Assembly: GCA_016928515.1 (NCBI GenBank)
Contig: JAFGKR010000208.1
Span: forward strand, 1-40,872
Length of the DNA: 40,872 nucleotides
Source of the DNA: Bacteroidota bacterium
GTDB lineage: Bacteria > Bacteroidota > Ignavibacteria > SZUA-365
Direction: 5' to 3'
In this document: in pieces, positions 27,201 to 35,010 of the stretch
Layout of the letters: each line of letters begins with the position of its first letter
How positions within the stretch are numbered: the first letter of the stretch is position 1
Notes under the pieces: generated by a model
Database searches by the model: none
The model's input: only the letters and a program-made list of their open reading frames with translations
What the model was told of the DNA's origin: nothing
Position numbers and translations under genes: made by a program

Positions 27201-30200
27201 CGCAGCGGGAAGCAGAGCGTATCCGGACACGGGGAAGACAGAACCACACACAGGTTTCCGGCCACCGTACCGGTATCCTTGAGTAGGCGGAAGCGAAATC
27301 CGGCCGGAACTATCGAATCCGGCGCGAGAGAGGCCGGCAGGGATGGGAGAGCGTCCATCTGCAACACCGAGGCAACGCCGGAGAGAAAGACGGTCTCGAC
27401 CTCCACTGCCAGTGTGTCGCTGTTCATCACGTAAACGACGATGTGTGACGTATCGGCTGTCGAGCGGATACCAAGATCCAGCGGATCCGGGAACACCGTC
27501 AACGCGGGATGAAAAACTCCCGCCGAAAACCGAAGGAGATACTGTACACTGCAGGGTTCGGTATTCACGCGCAGAACGATCGGCAGAACAGTATCGACCG
27601 GAACCGTCACCGATACATCGATCGGAAATTCTCCAGCCGGTGGCACCTCCGCAGCAACAGCGGCATGCCGCACAGACGTGAACGGCGCCCCCGCTTCGAG
27701 ACTGATGTCCGTTATCCGAAGAGGGGTGTCGTGGGGATTGCGGAAGACGAAGCGCCGGGTACCTTCCTCCCCGAGGCAGAGGGGGAGCGACGTCACCGTA
27801 TCACCGTCCAGCACCAGGGAACGCACATTCCGTCTCCCGATCAGACGAACCCGCGACTCCCCGAACACACTGGAATCGTCGTGGCTGAGCAGTAGGACCG
27901 CGCGACTGTCCTGGTTGGCGGGTGCGTCATAGAGCAGGACGAACTGCACCGCGGAATCCGGCGGCAAGGTCAGCGGCAGGCGGGGACGCAACAGCTGGAA
28001 ATGCGTCGGATGAAGACCGATCACTTCCGTGCGGCGCAGATGCAGTGGTTGCTGCCCGGCGTTGCGTACCTCTATGCTGTCGATGACCGGCGCTTCACAG
28101 ATCTGGTCGTCGAAACGCAGAGAATCGGGGATGAGGGCAAACGGCAATTCGGCGCTGAAGAGGAACACAGGCAGACGAAGCGTGTCAGGGCAGGGTGACG
28201 ACCAGGTGACATGCAGCCATGTCATGCTGCTGTCGGAACGCGGCGCCCGGTAGGCAACGACGACTTCGAGTTCGTCGCCGATGTCGCACTGCCGGGGGAA
28301 GCCGGTGGGTGAAAGTATCGTCAATCCATCGACCGGGGGATCGGTCCAGATCATCTCCACCGTCACATCATCATAGCCGCGATTCCGGAGAAACACACTC
28401 CTGCGCACCTCGATGTTCAACGGCACGGGCCCGATGACCAGCGCGGAATCGGGATCGGTTTGCAGAACGGCATCCTTCCCTCGACCGGTGCAGACGAAGT
28501 CGAGCGTATCGGGGCAGGGGCCGAGCACCAGTCGAAACAATGCCGCATGTGATATGGAATCCGCGCGAGTCGGTACGAAACGAACGGGGATCTTCAGCGT
28601 CCCGTCAGGTCCGATCCGCCTGGCAGTGTCGACGAGAACCGCAAAATCCGTCCTCCCCTCGGTCTGCAGCACTGTCGTTACCCGGCCGTCTGTATTTCCG
28701 GTATTGCGTAGCTCGACATATTCGATCCGGGCATCCCCGACGCAGACATCACCGAAAGCGATGTCGGGCGGAGCGATTTGCATGCGATTACTCTCGATGA
28801 ATCCCTCATAGGGGATCTGAATGAGCTCGGGGCAGTCCTCATGCCCCGCGAGCAGATGGATGCTCCCGAGAATGGGACCATCGAGACTGCTGGTCAATGA
28901 TACGCGAAGGGAATCGACGGCCGTGACACTGTCCCCGAGCAGGTGGGAGAGCAGTGTGACCGTACCCCGTGACCCGAGATCATCGATCCCCAGGATGCGC
29001 GGTGCCCTGTTGCCGTAAGTGGAAACCGGTAACACGAAAACGGCGGTATCCTTTCGGCAGACGGTGGGAAAGACGATGCGCGCCGCGCCGGGACGCAGTT
29101 CGTTGATGACGCGCATTCCCTCCAACGAGACGGTCCATGGCGTATGATCCGGATCGTTCGAGACGATATGCATCCGGCTGCCCACGGGGACCGGTCCGAA
29201 ATACGCGGCGTCCGGTTCCCAGCGGACGGTTACGAAACGGGTTTCTCCCGGGGGGATGACCAGAGGCCAGGTCGCCCCGCGCAATTCGAAATCCGCATTA
29301 CTGAACGTCACATCGCCCCGCTGAATCGTCAGATTTCCCGATCCCTTGTTCACAATGGAAAAAGAGCGATCCTTCCAGTCACCGCAGGCGAGCGTATCGA
29401 AAGAGAGAACGGATGACGTCGCAGAGATGTCGGGACGCTGTGTTCCGTTCCACTTATAGATCCAACCCTCCGAGACGCTGGGATAGCCCGACGTGCGTTG
29501 AATGCCGCCGACTGCCCAGCCCACGGCTTCGTTGAGAAAGATCATCTTGTTGAAGGGCTGATACGTCTTGTTGCCGAACACATTCGGATAGTAGCGATGC
29601 CAGCTCGATCCACCGTCAAAGGTGTAGGCAATTTCATTGTACGCACTGGCCACCCATCCCTTGAGGGAATCGAAGAAAAAGAGAGCTCGATGCGCACCGG
29701 GCGTTGAATTGAAAGTCGGTTGTGAAGGACTCGGAAACCAATCGACACCTCCATTCGTGGTGGTGATCAGATGGTTGCCGGTTCCCTGGTTGTACCCGTA
29801 GAGGAAGCCGCGGGTGTCGTCGACGAAGCTGATCTTCATATGGCTGCCGTACATCTCGATGGAGCCATTGAAGGAAAGATTGATCCACTTCTGATTCGAA
29901 GGATTGTAGCGGAAGAAAGCATTGTCCCCGCCCGCCACGATCCAGACCGATCCTGTGTACTTGACATCCGTCAACGCGGCGGTGACCGGGAGAGTGTAGT
30001 TGGTCCATGATACTCCCCCGTCCAGCGTGTGATGGACACGCCCGGGGCCCTCACCAACGATCATCCCTTCACGAACATCCTTGAAGGTCACTGCATAGCG
30101 GGTACCGTAGAGAATGGGATTCTGCGGAGAGACGCTGAACCAGGTGGAACCGTAATCCACCGTTTTATAGACAAGGCTGCGATAGTCGTCGCGCCACGAG

Positions 30201-30526
30201 ACAAAGGCGATGCCGGTATTCGGTACGGCGAAGACGTCCTGCGCCCACGATGTGAGCGCGATGTTCAGCGCGGGAGTAAAAGCCGACTGCGGCACCGGCT
30301 GCCATGTCGGATTCCCCGTCCGTTTCACGAGAACGCCCGTCTGTCCGAGCAGCACGTCCACATCCCCCACCGCGTACCCGTTCCCCGTATCGGCCATGGA
30401 AATTCCCATCAATCCGCGTACCGGAACGGCAATCGGTTGCTCCTTCCACGTTCCCACCGGCTGGGCCGGCAACACCGCGGACAGCAATGCGAGCAGGACA
30501 CAGATGAACAGAAGTTGTCGATGCAA
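24278..30526 (-). CDS. Giant secreted protein: YCF48/BNR-type beta-propeller, tandem choice-of-anchor D (ASH/Hydin Ig-like) repeats, cohesin-like domain, T9SS type A CTD
   Basis: Signal-like HRQLLFICVLLALLSAVLPA|Q after TTG 30526 (or TTG 30541). Asp-box repeats TxDGGxSW; about a dozen F-x-x-x-C...N.G...V.F.P repeats; C-terminal PSVPNP...DMQGREV...G.YFVLL...QRITVLR. The ORF-track start at 30730 is probably too long. Confidence 0.8.
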   Translation of the reverse strand: MHRQLLFICVLLALLSAVLPAQPVGTWKEQPIAVPVRGLMGISMADTGNGYAVGDVDVLLGQTGVLVKRTGNPTWQPVPQSAFTPALNIALTSWAQDVFAVPNTGIAFVSWRDDYRSLVYKTVDYGSTWFSVSPQNPILYGTRYAVTFKDVREGMIVGEGPGRVHHTLDGGVSWTNYTLPVTAALTDVKYTGSVWIVAGGDNAFFRYNPSNQKWINLSFNGSIEMYGSHMKISFVDDTRGFLYGYNQGTGNHLITTTNGGVDWFPSPSQPTFNSTPGAHRALFFFDSLKGWVASAYNEIAYTFDGGSSWHRYYPNVFGNKTYQPFNKMIFLNEAVGWAVGGIQRTSGYPSVSEGWIYKWNGTQRPDISATSSVLSFDTLACGDWKDRSFSIVNKGSGNLTIQRGDVTFSNADFELRGATWPLVIPPGETRFVTVRWEPDAAYFGPVPVGSRMHIVSNDPDHTPWTVSLEGMRVINELRPGAARIVFPTVCRKDTAVFVLPVSTYGNRAPRILGIDDLGSRGTVTLLSHLLGDSVTAVDSLRVSLTSSLDGPILGSIHLLAGHEDCPELIQIPYEGFIESNRMQIAPPDIAFGDVCVGDARIEYVELRNTGNTDGRVTTVLQTEGRTDFAVLVDTARRIGPDGTLKIPVRFVPTRADSISHAALFRLVLGPCPDTLDFVCTGRGKDAVLQTDPDSALVIGPVPLNIEVRRSVFLRNRGYDDVTVEMIWTDPPVDGLTILSPTGFPRQCDIGDELEVVVAYRAPRSDSSMTWLHVTWSSPCPDTLRLPVFLFSAELPFALIPDSLRFDDQICEAPVIDSIEVRNAGQQPLHLRRTEVIGLHPTHFQLLRPRLPLTLPPDSAVQFVLLYDAPANQDSRAVLLLSHDDSSVFGESRVRLIGRRNVRSLVLDGDTVTSLPLCLGEEGTRRFVFRNPHDTPLRITDISLEAGAPFTSVRHAAVAAEVPPAGEFPIDVSVTVPVDTVLPIVLRVNTEPCSVQYLLRFSAGVFHPALTVFPDPLDLGIRSTADTSHIVVYVMNSDTLAVEVETVFLSGVASVLQMDALPSLPASLAPDSIVPAGFRFRLLKDTGTVAGNLCVVLSSPCPDTLCFPLRMRIEDRALAVDADTLSFLHLFCDTLICDTLLVKNMLSEVESIEPVLNNPVFFSVTPDTATSTDVGGTALFRICSRKPAGTETRGEMLLRGSSGALTVVQLHALRDDGGLQLPDTIDAGNIPVCKTEIIFSRDLVNTADIPVTISDVLIGDPAFTLLTGLPVEVPAQGMGALRLLYAPSSPGMHSTVLTLRSRIGHCERITDIVLTGRSAEPYLDMTPSSLLFANVVAGTSQTRTLRVRNRDMHGLHLAAVGIDPAPPFFAELAQPVSLDTGDVLDIDVRFLPDSVGSVFGALCLYFDQPCSDTICIALEGQGVDGDLIFAEPDLRFDSLAQCQDQVLFASLVNSGNSAIELQSSTISGAGAAAFSMLDPVTGVETLQGGQQRRFRVRFAPAAETDGPIVASFFVSTTVPKQPVLELPLRGVRVTQVTPPDQQGGTGPVVVGDEVFITGQLSQSGTSHLRLVALHAPPEYSLLRPTVPKDMLPRHPETYRISFRPTVEGPFEDTLYMVFEPCLDSMRIIVRGTAVRLFTQTDLDLGELPFCETRSGIVTMQAYADPDLLIESISLLGPFADRFIVDHAPLPFPMLWSETVTLPVHFTPAPGDRGEVTATLSVRVHVDGQTYDFTSMIRAFVRDGGLEFPDPVFLGGMPVGDESPVAEFSGFNRAQYAVHVEQVVPGGTRLRVIGTLPPLPAAIAPGDSLRVRLTFTPDRQGAITDSLFLDATAPCVVRSPLPVSFHGDGDLQALDLSTAVLRGTVDDTIRVPLRLSRDLSGFGIRRWSGELRFNPSMLYPLGTATVGSASAQMRVIWDYDQASGTVHVLADSGMLAEGRELLFVDLLVLVGNDTATALTPDAFIFDHPAVRVREMQAGRFLLEGYCLADGRRLIRSDGGITLAPSVPNPVHSRATLAFTLDRQRPVRLSVTDMQGREVTVLLHAVLPAGRHEYIFDAGALDVGSYFVLLRSESDHMLQRITVLR

Positions 30527-30991
30527 GGAGCGATCACGCAAGTGAATGAGAATGCCGGGAATCCGGACATTTCCTGCCCGGAAACACGAATGGAAATATT
30601 CGTTATGATACCGTAAAGACGCGTGAAAGACAAGAGTGGCTCTTTTCCGAAATCCACCCGGTACATCACCTCCGCCCTGCCCCACCAGTAGCCGTCGGCG
30701 GTGGACGAATTCGAAGCATCCGCGTACCACATGCGCTCAAGCAGTACGTGTCCTGAAAGCGGTCCTTCCGGAAGGAACTTCACCTCGGCGATGACCAAGC
30801 GTGCCCACGACGCGCGAATCCCCTTTCGGGATCACGCTCATGTGCGCGTTGCAAATATGCTGCAGCATCCCGCGAAGCACCATTTCCTTCACTAGCCGCC
30901 ATCAGAGCTGAAGATACGGTGCGAGGAGATTACTCCACTGCGCGATTCCTCCCCGCAACTGCATGAATATGCAGGTTCTGCAAGTCCGGTC

Positions 30992-33823
30992 TTACTCCCG
31001 CGGCGGCGGGGGCGGAAGCGGACGGACGTACGCGGCGGGGAGACGCAGCAGGGCATCCACTTCGGGGAGCTCACCGGGAGCGAAGGACTGCACGATCATC
31101 CGCAGAAGGGCCTCGGTGTTCACCTTGGCGAAATAGCCGCGGCCGGGACGAAGAACGCCGCCCTCCGGTTCGATGTACCCCAGCTCCGGATGATAATCGT
31201 AGATCGCGATGAGCGCTCCGGCGGGATCGGTCTGCACGGCGGCAAGTGGCACGGGACCGCTCGGTGCACCGATCAGGTTCCAGCCGCCGAATTCGTCCTC
31301 CATCATGACCTCCATCGCGGTGGTGTAGCTCCCGCTGACGACGATGGAATCCTCCCGTGAGAACTTGATCCAGTATCCCTTTCCGTATTCCAGTTCCTCC
31401 GCCTCGACATATCCCTTCTCAGGTACGTATTCATAGGCCTTTCCCTCCGCCGCAGGGAACAGATCCTCCACGCCGGAAGGAGACAACGGTAGCGGCAGCG
31501 AAATCAGGTTCCATCCTTGCGCGAAGCGGATGACGATATCGCCCTTCGCACGTTCGCTGATGAAATCCCAGTCCGTCTGATTGCCGGACAGACCACTGAC
31601 AGTGCGCGATGCCGGCGTAAAACTGAAGTACGGACTCGCCGGTGCGACGCTGTAGTCCCCCGGAACGAGCCCCGTTACGACATACTCACCGTTTTCGTCG
31701 GTAAAGGCCTCCGTCGACATCGTTCCGACGACGACCATGCGCACACCCTCCGCGGGGTTACCGGCCGTGCTCTTCACCTTTCCGGAGATTTCGTACGAGA
31801 CGGCCGGAACGACGTTGCAGACGACGTTGACCAGGATACCCGCATTCGCCGCGTTGCCGCCGATTGTGACGTTGTCACTGTATGTCCCGATCGATAACTG
31901 TGTATCCGTGATCTCGACGCGCACGGAGTCTTCATTGGATGTGCCGGATCCGGGTGTCAGATCGTACCACTGTGCGGAGGTTTTGGATGCAGTCCAGGAA
32001 AGAGTCTTTCCCCCCGTATTTCGCAGATGAATGTATTGCGCCTGAGGAGCCGGACCGTTCTGGTACACGGTGAACACGAGCTGACGCGGACGCACGTCAA
32101 GCACTGGCACCGGATCTTCGATGCTGAACGGCGCGCTCGCATCCTCGAGCATGATGGTAGACGGCGGCCGAATACGTACAACCGCATCATTGCTGACCGG
32201 GGGACCGGTGACCGTCCACTGGAAACCGCCGGCGTTCGCCGCAACAGACGGCGCGAGCACCTCAGAGAATGTTTTCCCTCCGTCACGTGACAGCTCGACG
32301 CGCAGATTCACGAGACCGGTGGCATTCCACTTGACGGTTTCGCTGTCGCCGATGTCCCAGCGCTCTCCGCCGGTGGGATGCAGCAGTGTGAGAGACGGAA
32401 GTGACGGAAGCGAGGATGCGTCGGCAAAATATGCTTGTGAGGATGTCCGGAAGCTGCCCGTGCCGTGCAGGCCGCTGCCCGAGCGGTCGAGGTCGTCGCC
32501 CTGGAAGCGGTAGACCGCGACGAGCCCGGCGGTCGGCCCTTCGAATTCCATCCGGTGATGATCTGCGATCTGGTCGTCGGTGCGTGCCGTGTTCCAGATG
32601 CGCACCTCGTCGATGGCACCGCTGTACCCGTAGGCCGTGGTGCCGGTGGACTGAACATCCGCTGAGCCAATCAGGAGTTCATCCTTGTTGCCACTGCCTG
32701 TCGTCGTGTAGGTCTGGGTCTGATCCGGAATACCATTGATGAAAATCGTGGCGATGGAGCCGTTACCGCTTCGTTCGAAGCGCGCGGCGACATGCGTCCA
32801 TGTGTTCAGGGACAGGGTGGCTTTACTTTCCAGGGGAAGCTGCCAGTTGCCGGTCGGCAGAAAGCGAACCCGCCCGTTGCTCTTGTTCAACCCGAGCCAG
32901 TAATTCCAGCGGTTCGCCGAATGCGAACCCTTGGTGAGGAAGGTCTGGAACTGTGCATGTCCGCCCGTGGCCGGTCGCACCCAACACTCCAGGGTAAAAT
33001 TCTGTGTCAACGTGAGTGCCGGATCATTCGGGATGGTGACATGGTCACCGCGATCGGGACCGTTTGTCACGATGAGGCTGATCCGCTGGTAATGCGGAGG
33101 ATCCGGTGTCTGTGCGTACGATACACTCCCGACGTTGCTGCCGTTGTGTCCTCCGACGGCGGCCAGTGCGTTGCCGTTCAGGCGCCAGGCCCCCTGCAGG
33201 AAGCGGCCGTGCAACCCGCCCGCCATCGCCCAGGGGATGCGGTACAGCAGACCGGCGGCGTTCGAGAAATCCACCACGGACCGCCAGATGCGCACTTCGT
33301 CGATTCCACCGGTCCAGTAATCCGCAGGACCGGCATTATCACGATCGGCCCCGATGCGGAGATCGAAATATCCGTAGCCGAGGTAGCTCTGTCCGGTTTT
33401 GATCTGCCGGTCGAGCGCGCCGTTGATGTAAAACTTCATTTCATTGCCGCTGGCGTCGAAGCTCACGCCGACATGCGTCCATGTATTCAGCGGAATCGTA
33501 CTGCTGCTCTCCTCGTGATACGCCGGATTCGGATAGAAACGAAGGCGGCGCTGTGGGGAAAGTCCGAACCAGTATGAGGACACGTTCCGGTCGTTTCCCA
33601 CAATGCACATGAGCTGTCCCGACTGCGTGGGTCGCACCCAGGCGTCGATGCTGATGGCGGCTGCCCGTGCGATATCGACGTTGAATGCGTCGTCGTAGGC
33701 AATGGACAGATAAGACGATCCGCCGAGCTGAAGCGATGCGTTTTCCGATTCGTACGGCTGTGCAGCGGTCGTGGATGCTGCCAGCAGACACAGGATGATC
33801 AGGAGGGAGCGTGTGCGTGTCAT
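30992..33823 (-). CDS. Secreted modular protein: 2x LamG-like jellyroll, Ig-like, BACON-like, carboxypeptidase-regulatory-like, GWNL module; no T9SS CTD
   Basis: Signal peptide. Two (D/C)xWVRP...LNTWTHV...(Y/F)ING...IG...G.IDEVRIW units; P.GGE.W..G Ig-like unit; GWNLISLP/GKGYW/GWNLIG/GRGYF; ends RPLPPPPPRE. Confidence 0.8.
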   Translation of the reverse strand: MTRTRSLLIILCLLAASTTAAQPYESENASLQLGGSSYLSIAYDDAFNVDIARAAAISIDAWVRPTQSGQLMCIVGNDRNVSSYWFGLSPQRRLRFYPNPAYHEESSSTIPLNTWTHVGVSFDASGNEMKFYINGALDRQIKTGQSYLGYGYFDLRIGADRDNAGPADYWTGGIDEVRIWRSVVDFSNAAGLLYRIPWAMAGGLHGRFLQGAWRLNGNALAAVGGHNGSNVGSVSYAQTPDPPHYQRISLIVTNGPDRGDHVTIPNDPALTLTQNFTLECWVRPATGGHAQFQTFLTKGSHSANRWNYWLGLNKSNGRVRFLPTGNWQLPLESKATLSLNTWTHVAARFERSGNGSIATIFINGIPDQTQTYTTTGSGNKDELLIGSADVQSTGTTAYGYSGAIDEVRIWNTARTDDQIADHHRMEFEGPTAGLVAVYRFQGDDLDRSGSGLHGTGSFRTSSQAYFADASSLPSLPSLTLLHPTGGERWDIGDSETVKWNATGLVNLRVELSRDGGKTFSEVLAPSVAANAGGFQWTVTGPPVSNDAVVRIRPPSTIMLEDASAPFSIEDPVPVLDVRPRQLVFTVYQNGPAPQAQYIHLRNTGGKTLSWTASKTSAQWYDLTPGSGTSNEDSVRVEITDTQLSIGTYSDNVTIGGNAANAGILVNVVCNVVPAVSYEISGKVKSTAGNPAEGVRMVVVGTMSTEAFTDENGEYVVTGLVPGDYSVAPASPYFSFTPASRTVSGLSGNQTDWDFISERAKGDIVIRFAQGWNLISLPLPLSPSGVEDLFPAAEGKAYEYVPEKGYVEAEELEYGKGYWIKFSREDSIVVSGSYTTAMEVMMEDEFGGWNLIGAPSGPVPLAAVQTDPAGALIAIYDYHPELGYIEPEGGVLRPGRGYFAKVNTEALLRMIVQSFAPGELPEVDALLRLPAAYVRPLPPPPPRE

Positions 33824-33854
33824 GATGTCCGTCTCGTATGGTGCGACAGGAAGC

Positions 33855-33886
33855 GCACATCCGCGGGAAAAGCCCCGCGGATGTGC
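33855..33886. terminator. Perfect 13-bp GC-rich intergenic hairpin (no clear U-tract on the coding strand)
   Basis: GCACATCCGCGGG-AAAAGC-CCCGCGGATGTGC between the 362-aa and 943-aa genes. Confidence 0.55.
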
Positions 33887-33909
33887 TCGAAAGAAATCAG
33901 TGCTCTCAT

Positions 33910-34998
33910 TTACTTGACCAAAAGCATGCTGCGGCTGCGTTGGATGCCGCCGGATCGCAGGGTGTACATGTACACACCGCCCGAGAGCGGTCCCGCATCG
34001 ACACGAATGCTCTGCGGACCATCACGCTGTTGCAGCGCGTGCGTCAAATCCATCACCTCGACACCCAGCATATTATGCAGCGTGAGGGTAGCATCCCCGC
34101 GGAGAGCACCGCGGCCAAGATCCAGTTCGATGACGGTGGACGGGTTGAACGGATTCGGGTAGTTCTGTCCGATCCACATACCGTTGGCTGCCGGAACATC
34201 TGCAACACCCACCGTCATTTCCATGCGCACCGGAATATCCAGTTCAACATTGTACAGTTCGGAACGCATGATGATCATGGTCTCGTACGTTCCCGCCGGA
34301 AGACGTTGCGTGTTGACCGACACGACAACGGTCTGTTCTCCCTCGCCCGAGGCAGGCACGATATCCAGCCAGTCGGCCTCGGTGGAGAGCACCCAGGACG
34401 CATGCGTGTCGCCTTTCGGCGATACGACCAGATCCCGGGTGGGGAGAGGATCGCGGTTGTTCACCGCGAAGATGATGGGATTCGGTGTCGCTTCGAAGCT
34501 CAGTGGTGCCGGATTGAAGGTCGCTTCAACGACGAACTGGCCGGTGATGAACTGCGCCTCGATGCTCGACTTCCCGCTGACATCCTCCCCGTCGATCATC
34601 AGTTTCGTGATGCGTCCCGGGAGCGGATCCGGCCAACTGAGCGTCACGCCGGCGGCATTGAGACCGGCCTGATAGGAAACCGTATAGGTTTCCGTGTTGC
34701 TTGCCGTGGGATAGGCCCGGTAGTCGGAGAGAGACCCGAGTCCGAGCTGCGATTTTCCCGGCGTGCTGATCACGCGGGCGTCGAAGATTTCGTTGGGCGG
34801 CTGCGGAGGCAGCTCCGATTCGTCGAGGGTCGGATCGATCGCCGACGTGGCTCCTTCTCGTATACCGACGGCGAGGCGTTCCTTCCTCCCCTGTCCGTTA
34901 TCGACCATCAATTCAAGCGTGACGCCACGGTATTCCTGCGCGGCCGCGGATGCGGCCAGCAGCAGGAAACCGATGAAAAGGATACGTGTGTATTTCAT
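33910..34998 (-). CDS. T9SS type A sorting-domain protein: LPPxPP module, BACON-like domain, CTD
   Basis: GAGGAG SD; signal peptide; ELPPQPPNEIFDAR; W..S.EADWL.I.P.SG.G; GQNYPNPFNPST...GGVYMYTL...RSMLLVK. Confidence 0.82.
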   Translation of the reverse strand: MKYTRILFIGFLLLAASAAAQEYRGVTLELMVDNGQGRKERLAVGIREGATSAIDPTLDESELPPQPPNEIFDARVISTPGKSQLGLGSLSDYRAYPTASNTETYTVSYQAGLNAAGVTLSWPDPLPGRITKLMIDGEDVSGKSSIEAQFITGQFVVEATFNPAPLSFEATPNPIIFAVNNRDPLPTRDLVVSPKGDTHASWVLSTEADWLDIVPASGEGEQTVVVSVNTQRLPAGTYETMIIMRSELYNVELDIPVRMEMTVGVADVPAANGMWIGQNYPNPFNPSTVIELDLGRGALRGDATLTLHNMLGVEVMDLTHALQQRDGPQSIRVDAGPLSGGVYMYTLRSGGIQRSRSMLLVK

Positions 34999-35010
34999 GA
35001 GTGTGCTCCT

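Noticed and set aside
30409-30798. 129-aa minus-strand ORF
   Set aside because: Overlaps the signal-peptide region of the giant gene in another frame, TTG start without SD, no recognisable family.
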